DNA of 64,000 nucleotides from Laetmonice hystrix (GCA_965235115.1 OZ249436.1:40984001-41048000); one strand, 5' to 3'. Shown: positions 25,518 to 39,621, numbered from the stretch's first letter. Translations and numbers: made by a program. The notes: generated by a model not told the origin, from the sequence alone.

Positions 25518-26607
25518 CGCCACCTAGAGTCGATCACTCACAGGCCAGTAGGTGGCGCCAGCAACCGCCGAGTGCTTATTGCTATCTCCAGTGCGCACGT
25601 GGGCCGTACAAACTGTGTTGTCGTCAGTTGTGGGTGCAGGCCTGCGTCTCGTCTCTGGTCAGTCCCTAGTCAGAAAACGTAAAGGATGGATCGCCTTACG
25701 TCTTGAAGCTTGACTCAAAGTATCAGGCCTTGCTAAACCAGTGTCGTTCGCCAGAGACCAGTAGGCCCAGGCATACAAGTTATTGTACAGTGAAACACTG
25801 CGTGATACGCAATACTGACACCTTAAATTTACTTGTAACATGTACGGTAGCCTATAGAGTACAAACCACCACTCGCACGGCTAGGGTGGCTTCCGACTTG
25901 TATGTTTCACCGCCTACATATCATACTAAATGACGTCATATTGTTCATGGTGACGTCATATCGGCCACCATGACGTCATATCGTTCACGTTGACGTCATA
26001 ATGGACATACAGGTCAAAACTTGTGATGAATTGGACAGTAACGTGAACGTGTTTCCCCGATGATTGTCTGACGGTAGAACGTGACTCGTCAGTAACTTTG
26101 TATTATACAGTATATAATATATATGTACAAAACTTTTTTTTATGAAGAGGGTATTGTTTTTATACCGCGAGATTAAAAGGATAGCCATACCATGTGAATA
26201 TGTACAGATGCTGAAAGTTTTATGGATATTTATAAACTGTGTGTTCTGTATGAGTGAAAGGTGTGTTTCCATTACGTGTACATGAAAGATTCTAATTTAT
26301 CATTAGTTTATACGGTAAGTCGCTGGAATGCAAGGCAGGAATATGTTTCACTAATTATTTATTGCAGCGATCGGAGAAAGTATTTTGAACGAATGGAAGG
26401 GTCATTTTTATGTGCAGTTTACAAACCAGTGAGATCGTGGGTTGAATAATTCTGTATTCATTCCATATTCATCCAAGTCGTTAGAACTCTGAAGTTCCAG
26501 TATGTTGTATTAAGAAATCATTCATTCATTGTTTGCACGCTCTGTGTATAATAGGTCCCTTGACTGTGTCAGAAGAGTTTTTTGGTAAATGTTGGTAATT
26601 GATATTT

Positions 26608-26613
26608 AATAAA
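26608..26613 (+). terminator. Candidate polyadenylation signal for the cadherin
   Basis: AATAAA about 1.1 kb after the stop; another near 26688. Confidence 0.35.
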
Positions 26614-28981
26614 GTAATTTGAGGAGGGGAACAGATGTTCTTACAATGGTCATTCCCTGAGGTGTGCTTTAGGATTAAGAAACGATCAATAAAATATGCT
26701 ACTTTTGGACAGTTGGCCTAAATATCCCAATCAGTGTGCGGACGACACACCTTACGCCAGAGGGCAGCACAAAGCACATTTAGTTCAGAAGTGATCCGCT
26801 AGGAGAACATTAGCGCGGTGTATCACACTAGTCTCTCGGTGAGCATGCGAGGCACATTTCATCATCTCATTCCAAATGGGTGTTGTGTTTTGAAAGGTTT
26901 GTGTTGGTATTGTGATTAAATAAACCATTTAGGCATACAATAATACACGTGTATCAAGTACAGGGTACACGTCGATTCCCATCCTCCCTCAATGCACTGT
27001 TCATGCCAAAATAACAAGTTCATGAATGTGCGTGAGTTTATATGTTTTGTGTAAGTCGTACACCACAGACCAACATGTTTCTGTGACTGAATTGTATCTC
27101 CGAGACGTGAAGGACGTACAAGAAACCCGAGTTTCCAGGTGACAGAAGGTTTCGCTATGAAGCTATGTGATATATCAGGGACAAGATGTGCACAAAGGAT
27201 TTCAGCACCGCTGATTGACAAAAAAATTGATATTCAATAGTTATATGCACCAACTAAGGTTACAATAGGCCTATACTTGAACTCTGGAAACGGATAATGG
27301 TTTGGTAACCTAGTACCACTGAAACAACAACAACAACAAAAGAGCGAAGAATAGCACTTAACAGTATCAGACATTTCAAATTACGGTTTAGAGGCACTTT
27401 ATCTGCAACATCTAATAAATTATTGCAGCTACCTGGCGCAAACGGCATGATTGTCTGTTAATATTGGCCCACAATAAAATAACACTTGAAATGTGGATAC
27501 TGGCTCCCGTGGAATGGAATGTCGACATGTAGGCCTAACGTTTTTTTGTACCTCCGACGTAATTGTAGGCAGCCGTCGGCCAGGCTGTTGTATTCCTTGG
27601 TCCGTTACTGCGGTTTGCAAGTCGAGATAGCAAAGATAGAAAAAGACATTATTGCCAAGCTTTGTCTGCTATGAGTACAGGATACTAATCATACTATACA
27701 TTCGTTAGAACAGTTATTCCGTCCGTGATCTTGTAATATTAAAATGTCCTTTGTCAATTACGGGACATGTTTTAACCGCGTCCCGCTTGGCTTCTACCAA
27801 TCTATGAATATGAGTTTCCATGACAACAACACAAGGGAGAGAGAAGTGGTTAAAGGAGAAGTTGTCCAGTTAACGGTTGTTTTGTATTCCCCCCCCCCCC
27901 CCCTTTAATGATTTTTACTGTTGAAGCTATTGCAGAATCACTTGATATAGGTCTGTGAAGATCTTCTCAGCACTGAGACGGCTATACCTCGTTGCCTTAA
28001 TAGTACAAGTATTTAACATTGGCAGAAAGTTTGAGACATGTTGCAGTAGGAGCTTAGTTGTACCGTCGTTGTGTTTTATTTCGCAAGTCTGTGTAGACTG
28101 TACCTATATTAGTTTTCGTTCCCAAAGCGGTAAAAATTTGTGAAAAGGGTAGGGTGTAGGAAAGATGGGGACTATATAACTGGTTTAGGCCGATTACATC
28201 GAATACCCGGGACTTTCAATTGAAGTAGAATGGGAAAAACCACCGCGGTATTGTTCTGTGGTGCTATACTTGTATTTTAATGTCGTTACCGTCAATCCTC
28301 GCATTGGATTGTACTTTCAAAATGTGAAAGTTAGGCATTTCCATCTGTCGTATTTTCACAGTAAACTGTCCCCATGCCTTCCATTCAAAGAAAATTATCG
28401 GAATTTGTCAAAAGGTAGGCCGAAGAGAGTATTTTTGTCGTTTTCATGATATGGGAAAAGTGTACCGAAAACCAGTGAATGCGAACGCGATTTCTGTATT
28501 ATTATTTCATATTCAACCAAAGAGGTACAATGTTTATAACTGAACTCGTGAAATATGGTGAAATATAGCATTCCATGCTGTCGTGTGAATTGAGCACACA
28601 TGTATAAGTAAAATAATCAAGTTGAAATGTTGCCAATTTAGCTTTGTATTAAGTATACATGTACAGTAATTAGAAGATATGTATATCATTTCATTCTGTG
28701 ATGTTAATTCAGGTTACTGTAAAAAATATAGTATGAAAGAAGAAATAGATGTCAAAAGCATCGAGTGTATACCTTTGCATATGTCGAATCAAACAATGAA
28801 CTGTGCAATGTTGCAATGTAAATAAACCTTCTGTTGATTTGCATTTACAATAAATGATATAACGAAGATTGATAATGATGCCGTATTTATATTTTAGGTC
28901 TGTTACCACAAATATTCTGGCTTGTGTGAAATAGAATTGGCCCTGGCATTATGGTGTGTGTCGGGGGGGGGGGGGGGGGGC

Positions 28982-31280
28982 TAGACTGGTTCCCGGCCCC
29001 GTCTCTAGGTGGCTAGAATATATAGAGATCGGGAGGCTATGAAATCTGCTGGTGGCCGGAAGCCAATCTCCCAGGAGTGTGCTTCACCTTCCTGTGGTAA
29101 TTGGCTTGCCATTTGGGGACCAGTGTTAGACTGGTCCCCAGCTCTATTGACTCCGCACATCGCGGCGGACCATTCGGAACACCTTGGCCCAACTTCCGGT
29201 CGCTTCGCTAGTAGTGGTCTGGGACCTCGCAACTCGTAGAGATATGACGTAGATTCCACGGGTTTGGGCACATCACAACTCGCGTATAGTCCGCATAGTA
29301 GTTCATAGATCATCGGTATTCGGCCTAAAGCGGGATTGTTCATCGGGAAATATGGATAATTTCCGAAGATTTGCAGTCTCTATCGTTCTTAGCAGCCGCG
29401 ACACATTCAGTTTTGCAGTATTTATGAAATCATACGACTTTACCACCTTGCATCGACATAAGAAATGACGTGAGACAGCGCGTCCGTGGGGCGTTGACCT
29501 CCGTTAGTGCCAACGGGCGATTTCATTCAATTGAGCAATACCTCCAAAATGAGGCTTAATGTGGCTCAATAGCTGTCAGTGATAGCCATCTCGGCCTACA
29601 CCTTATCACTTAAATTTTGATATCCCCCCCCCCCCAAAAAAAATTAATCAATCAAGGTAAGCGAGCATGCCGAGCTGGGCTTAGCTGGGCGTCGATCTGG
29701 CGTCTGACGATAAACAATGCCAATAGGAATGTCAACATCTAAATAAGTATCTATAGAGACCTGAATAGATTTTCCCTGACGTCTAATCCACTTGTCAGAG
29801 GTATCAAGCGGAGATCTGTTTTTTAAACAAGCCAGGCACTGCTTGTCTTTCACCTTTGTCGGTGTGTCGGCCGTCGCCATTTTGACCACTTTGTGTCACG
29901 TGATAAAAGAAGATCCAACATGGCGACGACTGTGCGAGGGCCGAGAGGCACTCTTCAACGCAGAGGTCAGACGGCAGCCTACTGACTCTGCCACCAGGTC
30001 CCGCACTATACTTGCGCGTAGATCTAAGGATCAAGTTTATGACTAATTCTGATCATTTACCGTATTTATTTGCCCCAAATCTTACATCTTAAATCTTACA
30101 TTTCTAGTTTTGTTAAATGTAGATCTTTTATTTCAATTGACTTAATTTTCTTTTATCGGTGTTAAATGAACTGGCACTATATGTCAGACAGATGACAAGT
30201 GATGAGGCAGCCGGTGCTAGCGCCATAAGCGGCCCGTACAAATGAGGTCGCGCATGCGCGGTAGGAACTAGTTTGGCCGAGAGGATCATTCGGGACTCCC
30301 TCGGGCATATGACGTCACTTCCTGCTATTCGAATATACCCTCGGGTGGAATAGCGGCACTGAGGCACTGAGTGAACCGTCATATCCCATCGAGCCAGGAA
30401 GTAGTGCATTATTGACACCTGCTCCTTCGGCGTTGTATGTGCAAATATAAATTTCTGGTATGAAGGGGAACGTTTGAAGAAGAAAAGTGAATCACCCAAT
30501 TTACCTAAATGGGCGTCAATACGGTAATTTATCAAATTCTGGGAAGCAATATGGCCGCGCCCATGTACGACACTGGCCCGACACATGGTAGGACTACTTG
30601 TAATCATGTTGTAATTCAAGTTGTATCATGACATGATACTATTGTAATATTGCCACTTCGGGGAAAGCATTGTAGGCCTATTTTAGTTGCTTCCATGCCT
30701 GATGCAGACAAAATAATGCAAGCACTGCCATGCTGCCGAGAGTCCCGGCTAAATGTACCCGCGATGCAATGCTCAAAATGGCACCTATTTCACCCGAGGC
30801 TACTTTCGAAGATATGGCCGAGGATTCCCGAATGCGAGAGGATCTGGCACGAACAGTCTCGAGGTGGGCCGAATGCGCGGCGGACGTGTCTGTTAGACAG
30901 GGGACCCGCCCTATATTTGCGTGTGCTATCAGATCTGCATGGCATGGAGTGTGGCGAGATGCCAGTTCGAGAACATTTTTCGACTTTCTCTATTATCAAA
31001 ACGTGCGTTCGTGGTACTGGTCGGCGTCCATAAACCTTGTACCCGGCATTTTGTTAAAGTCGTCGTACTCGTCATTGTACATCTCGAGGGACATCTCCTG
31101 TTCGTCGTTGTGGTTGCCCTGGGGGTGGCGTGCTTGAGGGCGCTAAATATGTAATAGGGGGCCTGGTCGGATCTTCATATCCGCGCCTGGTAATCATATC
31201 TTAGGTCAAGATGTACTGGTCGCTACCGATCCCGAGACACCTATTCTAGCCACCTAGTGACGGCATCGGGAACCAGTCTA
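28982..31280. mobile_element. 2.3-kb non-autonomous DNA transposon with 39-bp TIRs (TAGACTGG...CCAGTCTA)
   Basis: 28982-29020 matches the reverse complement of 31242-31280 at 35 of 39 positions; no intact transposase seen. Confidence 0.85.
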
Positions 31281-32062
31281 TAGTGCGTTGGGGGTTTTCT
31301 TTCGACGTTTGGTTTATATTAGATATTTAGATGCTGTTTATACTTTTCGTTCGTTCTTTGAGTTTGGGGTTTAAAGGTCCGTTCTCCACCAGGCTTGCGC
31401 CACTATTGTCATTTAACGAGAGGTACTTAGGTTCTTCCCAACGCTAACAAGGGGCTAGCATCAAATAGTAGATCTCCACTCCTACAGGTAAACGGTCATA
31501 GATCTCTCAGGTTCTACCACAACATCGACATCTCCGATAACGTTCTAACATTTATTAAAGATCCGTGAACAATCCTCCGTCTTGTGATTACATTGGTTGG
31601 TGACTTCTACGAGTATGTACACTGTGATGTTATCCGGTGAGTACAGAACCCGAATGATGGTTAACACAGTTGAGGTAATATATTCCTTCGCCGAGCACAT
31701 CCATGAGAATAACTGAATTCCCTTTATGTTTCATATAACTTCCAGAACACTTCGTTGCACCAATATATTCCGGGCACTAATACACTCTTAATCCATTGGA
31801 TGTTCACAAACACTTGATAATCCGGAAGCTTTCGTATACTCCCTCGTTTCCTCTCTATCGTATTATAGTCCCGTAAATTCCGTTCTCTGGATCTTATCGG
31901 ATCCCACAACCCAGTGAAGACCACCAGCTCACTCCTCTCTCCCACTTTCTGATCTTAAGACACTGCGCCTTTGATTCCTTCTATTTCCCTATTTATACCC
32001 CCCATATTTTCGATCTATGTCAGTTTTCTCGATATATGTCATGTCCTACCCTGTACTCTCCT

Positions 32063-32272
32063 CCTATTGGCCTAAAGTGTTACTGCCTCCTAATTATTCC
32101 GGCCTGGTTTCCTTTATCTATCTGGGTCTTAGTTCTCCTTCTCTGCTTGCCTATTGGTCTAAAGTGTTACTGCGTCCCAATTATTCCGGCCTGGTTTCAT
32201 ATGCCTATCTGGGTCTTAGCTCCCCTTCTCTGCTCGCCTATTGGTCTAAAGTGTTACTGCGTCCCAATTATA
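32063..32272. repeat. 87-bp tandem repeat, about 2.4 copies
   Basis: cctattggyctaaagtgttactgc at 32063, 32150 and 32237. Confidence 0.85.
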
Positions 32273-32764
32273 CCTCTTTCTATTTCTGCTCTGACTCTCA
32301 GGTTTCTGTTCTTATCCGACCCCCGTCTGCCAACACAATAGTGTGCGTCTGTTTCAGATATCTGCCGTGAAGCTGCAGTAAATTATACACTACAAAACCT
32401 AGGCCTCTATCAAATTATCGTTGTCGAATTCTTGGTGATATTTCGACAAGAACGGTTCAGCGAGGCCTAGCTCAGGAGGCCTCGTGTAATCGTTTACATT
32501 ATCAATTCCTATAGCCTATTCGATATATTTGTTTATATTATCATATAAAGTTCTTTCCTCCGTAAAAGTTTATCAAATATAATTTCACTCATTGTCAAGA
32601 GGCCGCCAAATTAGTTAAGTGGTAGCAGTAAGTTATTTTATACCTGGCGCTCAATTAGCGACCGCTCTATGTGGCGTAAGCTATTAAATTATCAACAGTC
32701 GGATAAATCAGTCGACATTATCTATCCAGCGACCGCCACATATAAAATAAAGTTCCCTGTTCAT

Positions 32765-33505
32765 TTCAACCCTACGTATACCATGTATTATGTCAACTCG
32801 TATTCTCTACCCTATGTACGTAATATGTCAACCAGTATTCCCTACGTAATATATCAACCCGTATTCCCTACCCTATGTACGTAATATGTCAACCAGTATT
32901 CCCTACGTAATATATCAACCCGTATTCCCTACCCTATGTACGCAATATGTCAACCCGTATTCCTTACCATGTAAGTAATATCAACCCGTATTCCCTACCC
33001 TACGTAATGTGTCAACCCGTATTCCGTACCCATATGTAAGTAATATCAACCCGTATTCCTTACCCTATGTACGTATTAGTAGGCCTATTCCCTACCGTAT
33101 GTAGGCCTATACGTAATATGTCAACGCGTATTCCCTACCCTATGTTCATATTATGTCAACCCGTATTCCGTACCCATATGTAAGTATTATCAACCCGTAT
33201 TCCCTCAACTATGTACGTATTACGTCAACCCGTATTCCCTACCCTCTGTACGTAATATGTCAACCCGTATTCCGAATCCTATAATGTAATATCCACCCGT
33301 ATTCCGAACCCTATAATGTAATATCCACCCGTATTCCGAACCCTATAATGTAATATCCACCCGTATTCCGAACCCTATAATGTAATATCCACCCGTATTC
33401 CGAACCCTATAATGTAATATCCACCCGTATTCCAAACACTATAATGTAATATCCACCCGTATTCCGAACCCTATCATGTAATATCAACCCGTATTCCGAA
33501 CCCTA
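32765..33505. repeat. ~29-35-bp minisatellite grading into a homogeneous 32-bp variant
   Basis: caacccgtattccctaccctatgtacgtaatatgt, then ccacccgtattccgaaccctataatgtaatat. Confidence 0.9.
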
Positions 33506-34046
33506 AATGGATGGTTGCGGAGACAATGTGCTAATATCTGCACAATGGTTTCCTCACGAGGTTCAGTATGACCGTATGTTAGATCAGGTTGAACGTAATT
33601 TCTCGGCAGACAGAGTCATTCATATCAATCAGCAGAATTAGGAAAGTTTTATCACATGATATCGTGATAAGGATTAACTTTATTACCGTGAACTGCCCTG
33701 TCAGCGGTCATCAATTATCTGTATATTATCTAGATTGTACTATGATTGTGTGACAGATATGGTTCTCAGGGACTCATGATAAAACATCGGGAACTTGATC
33801 AAACCGACAGACCACACCCATGCACACGCACTGCGCGGGTTGTACACGTGCGCCGGACGGTACAGAATGTAGGCCTATATCGTATGGATTTCACTAGGCA
33901 GACTTTGTTTTATGAATCATTGAATATACTGAGAGTCGTGCAAATTGGCAGCTGATTAAGTTAATGGAAGCTAACGTTTTGTTTGTTTCCAATGTTATGA
34001 AAGCGAAAACCAGTAAGCGGTCATCTTAAATAAACAATCTGGTGGC

Positions 34047-35343
34047 AAACCACGTGCATGAACGTGAGTCCTGCACCGGATCGAGGGTGACGTCTAGGGT
34101 ATCAAACCACGTGCATGAACGTGAGTCCTGCACCGGATCGAGGGTGACGTCTAGGGTATCAAACCACGTGCACCGGGTCGAGGGTGACGTCTAGGGTATC
34201 AAACCACGTGCACCGGGTCGAGGGTGACGTCTAGGGTATCAAACCACGTGCATGTACGTGAGTACTGCACCGGATCGAGCGTGACGTCTAGGGTATCAAA
34301 CCACGTGCACCGGGTCGAGGGTGACGTCTAGGGTATCAAACCACGTGCATGAACGTGAGTCCTGCACCGGGTCGAGCGTGACGTCTAGGGTATCAAACCA
34401 CGTGCACCGGGTCGAGGGTGACGTCTAGGGTATCAAACCACGTGCATGAACGTGAGTCCTGCACCGGGTCGAGCGTGACGTCTAGGGTATCAAACCACGT
34501 GCACCGGGTCGAGGGTGACGTCTAGGGTATCAAACCACGTGCACCGGGTCGAGGGTGACGTCTAGGGTATCAAACCACGTGCATGTACGTGAGTACTGCA
34601 CCGGATCGAGCGTGACGTCTATATAGGGTATCAAACCACCAGCACCGGGTCGAGGGTGACGTCTAGGGTATCAAACCACGTGATGAACGTGAGTACTGCA
34701 CCGGATCGAGCGTGACGTCTATATAGGGTATCAAACCACGTGCACCGGGTCGAGGGTGACGTCTAGGGTATCAGACCACGTGCATGAACGTGAGTCCTGC
34801 ACCGGATCGAGCGTGACGTCTATATAGGGTATCAAACCACGTGCACCGGGTCGAGGGTGACGTCTAGGGTATCAAACCACGTGCACCGGGTCGAGGGTGA
34901 CGTCTAGGGTATCAAACCACGTGCACGTGAGTACTGTACCGGGTCGAGGGTGACGCCTAGGGTATCAAACCACGTGCACCGGGTCGAGGGTGACGTCTAG
35001 GGTATCAAACCACGTGCACCGGGTCGAGGGTGACGTCTAGGGTATCAAACCACGTGCACTGGGTCGAGGGTGACGTCTAGGGTATCAAACCACGTGCATG
35101 TACGTGAGTACTGCACCGGATCGAGGGTGACGTCTAGGGTATCAAACCACGTGATGAACGTGAGTACTGCGACGGGTCGAGGGTGACGTCTAGGGTATCA
35201 AACCACGTGCACTGGGTCGAGGGTGACGTCTAGGGCATCAAACCACGTGCATGTACGTGAGTACTGCACCGGGTCGAGGGTGACGTCTAGGGTATCAAAC
35301 CACGTGCATACACGTGGGTACTGCCCCGGGTCGAGGGTTACGT
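34047..35343. repeat. Satellite of about 27 units in 40-bp and ~57-bp variants
   Basis: caaaccacgtgca[tgaacgtgagtcctgca]ccgggtcgagggtgacgtctagggtat. Confidence 0.95.
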
Positions 35344-37147
35344 CGGTGGTATGTGATCAGGAGGGAAAGAATCGTTAATGTGAGGGGGTGACAGGGGTGA
35401 GGGGGTGAGGGTGTGGGGGTGAGGGGTGATATTAACAGTATGATAACGCTATGAGTCAGATTCGTGTACATTTAGGGCCTATTATATTTTTTTTTAAATA
35501 TCTCGATGTGGAACCTGAGCCTTGCCGGGATAATTGCAATAAAAAAATTAAAAAAATATATATATATATTTCTCTTTACAATTTGAATTTCACAACAATC
35601 GTTATGACCATCTATTCTTTATGTTACCGTCTTGGTGGTTCCGTTTCCACCATGCCTGTTTCCCCGACCAGTTGTGCTGGGTCACCCGTACTCGTCTACT
35701 TTATGGAGTTCCTTTATTAACCCCCACCCCCCCCCACCCCCTGATCGGACAATGGACCATGCCCCTCCCCCTGTACACCTGGCCCGCCGATCGATGGTCC
35801 GGTCAGGCGTGTCGGGTCGGGTCGGGTCGGGTGGGGTAGGGGTGGTGTGTGTAGGGGGTGCCGGTCAGGTGAACGCAGGTGTTCCGCGGCCCTGACCGTG
35901 CGTTCCCACGTCCGTCTGCTACACCTGGCGAGCCTCGTCTTCGCTGTGCTCCGTCCGTCCGACCGACCGATCGACCGACCGACCGTCCGGACGCACGCCG
36001 CCAGGTAGAGCTGTCCGTGCTGGGGGTGAACGGTTCCAAGTCGGACGTGTAAAACTGCTGTCCTCCTCAACATCACGATCTCCGCCAGCTCCACAATGAA
36101 ACTTCTCCAGGTGTTTCGGCACCATGGACTACCGACAACAATGTCGTGTAAAAAGTCAAGGATAACATTTCCCTAGGTCACAGCAAGCCCCCCTAGGTCA
36201 CAGCAAGCCTCCCTAGGTCACAGCAAGTCTATCTGCCTTCAAATGTAAGTATGGATTTCCTTCAATTTGTAATATAGTACGATTTCTAATATTCCATTTA
36301 TTACTACATATTGCCGAATGTCTATAGACAACCTTCACAGGATGAGGTCTATAGGGTTATAAGTATGGGCCGGTAATAGTTATGGATAAAAGCTAGAAAA
36401 ACACGCTGGTCGATTCGCTGGAGCGAACAATTTTGTGCTGCGGTAAATGCATTGAATTGGGGTTGAGAAAAATTGGATCAATTGCATGTGCATACGTGGT
36501 TTAAAAATTCATGCACGTGCATGTAGGCTGCGCGAGAGCTGAGTCATGAGTATTTTTGTTGTGTTACCAAGGTTATGTGTAAAAGTTGACCCATGCGGTG
36601 ACCGCTATATTCTGGGAAGAGCTTCACACACGTCCTTCACTATAGTTTTCTAACACAATGAGTAAAATAATCTCAATTGAAGATTTTTCAGCTAAATTCA
36701 TGATTTGAAAATGGGCCTTCCCAGACAAGGGGAGAGATAAGATAATATTATGCATGACGGTATGCCAGTAACAGGGGTACATTACGATGTTATTTCAGCG
36801 TGAGAAAACAATGCTTTTCTTATATCAAAAACAGTACTCGACGAGGCATTAAGACACTAATGGTAGCCCTCCCCACTCACCCCACCCCCAACCCCCACCC
36901 CACCCTCTGAGCGTCATGCTTTACTTCACATTTTCCTGCTATTCCGGAAAGTCGTACTCAACTCTCCGTACCTGGCGACTAATTGGGTTAATGTGTATGG
37001 ATTAACTTATTAAGTCGATCAACCCAATGCAATCAGTCCAACCTGCAGGTCGTACGCGGGCGCTATATTAGCTCAATGTATTACACAGACTCAAATTACA
37101 ACTTTATGCATTATGTAAAAGTTCTCCAATTCGAGTAGATAATAATT

Positions 37148-37390
37148 TATGTCAGTTTCACTACCATGCACCGGCCAGCGCCGTATGTCCATTTCACTAC
37201 CATGGACCGGCCAGCGCCGTATATTATGTCTATTTCACTACCATGGACCGGCCAGCGCCGTATATTATGTCTATTTCACTACCATGGACCGGCCAGCGCC
37301 GTATATTATGTCTATTTCACTACCATGGACCGGCCAGCGCCGTATATTATGTCCATTTCACTACCATGGACCGGCCAGCGCCGTATATTA
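37148..37390. repeat. 41-bp minisatellite, about 6 copies
   Basis: tatgtctatttcactaccatggaccggccagcgccgtatat. Confidence 0.92.
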
Positions 37391-39480
37391 GTGGCCCACT
37401 GGATATCTTCAGTTGCACGCACACATCCAATAAACGAATTCTATTGGTGATCAGTGTATAAATGTTATGTAACTGTTAGTTATGAGTGTTACCCTTGGTC
37501 GCGTGGTAACCTCCAGGTGGATACACCCCGACATGTCATATAACAGGTACAGGTCAACCTACGGTGATGAGGAGTACTCTAATATAACGTATACGGTTCA
37601 CTGGGCGTGTGTATCGATTTAGCTCCACCTCTTTTTAAAAAGTTGCTCAATTTTTAATTAAGAGATGGTTGATTCATGGGGGTTCCCCCCACAAAGGTAA
37701 TGGGATCTATATCTGTATAAATTACATACCCTCTCACGGATAAGAAATGATCGAGTTAATTGGGTTTCTGAGCGTTTTTAAGCCAAGGTCAAGCCAACTG
37801 AAGATCGACTGAGAAGAAAGGTTTGTATACTAGCTTGCCCAGACACGCGTCCCTTCTATACCTAATATTGACAACTGGACCTTGTTTGATGCTCCTACAG
37901 CCTGGCGCCCACTGCAGGCCAAGTCACTCCTCTGTAATAATGCCATGTGAACAGGCATAGGTTGGTTCGATAGTGTGGATTTAACACTGGTGAATGTGGT
38001 ATTATCATGACTGACACACTAAACGTTCATTGTAGATCCTCCAATTTAATTTTGGAGTGAGATTATGTACTTAATAATTAATGTAGGTTAATAATTTTGG
38101 CTCCCTTGGGCTTTCTGATTCAATGATTATTATAAATTTTTCGGAGCAGTTGCCTTGGAAACCGATTTTTACACAAATTGTCGAGGGTGGGACCAATGTA
38201 GGTAAACACTTCGAGACCTTGAGTTACAGACTCTCGTGTTCGAAATCTAGATGTACGCGAATTGTTCTTTTTGCCCCCGTATTGCATGAACCGATTACCC
38301 TCCAATGAGATCTACAGGTGTTCAGGGAGAGACTGCAGTGACGTCATCATTGACTACCCTTGGTACAGTTTTGGGGGAATTCTGACGTCAGATTCTTGTA
38401 GTGATGGTGCCAACAGTATACGACTAGGTCACGTGTAAGTTTGTTTCGCCCTTGGTTTGTAGGTTAAGCGGAAGGCATACCACCCTCACAGTGAACAATT
38501 TTCTCACACTATGATCACACAGTGGTAGGCTAATGCTGCCATGGGGTATGACCTTCAACCCTAGGGTGTTTATTATTGTCACCTGTACATGCAATGGTGA
38601 CTCAGGCTGACTGGTGTTCTAGCTTACAATGTCCCGAGGATATACATGTATTTATGTCGCCTTCTATCGGCTGCTTACACTGTCCTGAGGGTAAATTTTT
38701 ATTATGCCTATAATTACAAAACACATCGATTGCTTACAATCCCGTAATTTCTTTGATGTCCATGAAATGCCCGGACTAGGAATATGATTTCTAATATATA
38801 CCTACGTAAAATCCAACCGAGGGGCGGATCCAGGAATGTGAAAGGGGGTAGCAAGGAAAGCTAGCGAAAAAGGTGGTCCGCCTAAATCAATTTCTGGGGG
38901 AAAGGAGGAAGTGGCTAAAAAAGGCTGGTCCAGGACCCCTAGACCCCCCCCCCCCTCGCACACACACCATTTGCCCCCCGCATGCTCACTCATCAATATG
39001 CCTACATAACTACGGTGTGTTAATTAGACCGGTAAACCCCATCAAAACTATTGGTGTGCTTGTTATGAAATCGGAGTCAAACTCGCCCAGGAATTAAATT
39101 GAAATCTTGTATTCCATCGATTATTTCATAAAAGAGAAAAATAATTAAACATAAGTGCTCCAAATAACAGCTAGCGTGCGTTATGGTTTGACCTTGGTAT
39201 CACATGTCGTGCAATTGAAGCGAGTAGTTCCTAAATGCTGCTTTACATCGGCTTCGATATGGAACCGTTTTGATGATCGATACACAACATGAACTGAACT
39301 TAGAGCGAAATCATTTTGGTAATATTCGCCAACGGTGGTAGCACGCTTGCAAATTAGTAGAATATTACAGAGAAATAGAGAGGTTTCATTACCTCACGAA
39401 GGACTTGAGAACATGCATTGAAACTATCGAATAAAGGTCATACCTGGAGAGGACTTTACGTAACATGACATTAAAACACG

Positions 39481-39621
39481 GTGTATCGTGTCTAAAGTAG
39501 GATGGTGTATCGTCTGCAAAGTAGGATGGTGTATCGTATGTAAAGTAGGACGGTGTGTCGTCTGTAAAGTAGGACGGTGTATCGTCTGCAAAGCAGGAAG
39601 GTGTATCGTCTGTAAAGTAGG
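39481..39621. repeat. 24-bp minisatellite, about 6 copies
   Basis: gtgtatcgtctgyaaagtaggayg. Confidence 0.9.

Noticed and set aside
32017..32370. Hydrophobic repeat ORFs
   Set aside because: They derive from the 87-bp tandem repeat and have no splice or domain support.
34047..35343. Possible CRISPR array
   Set aside because: No unique spacers; only two related unit variants.
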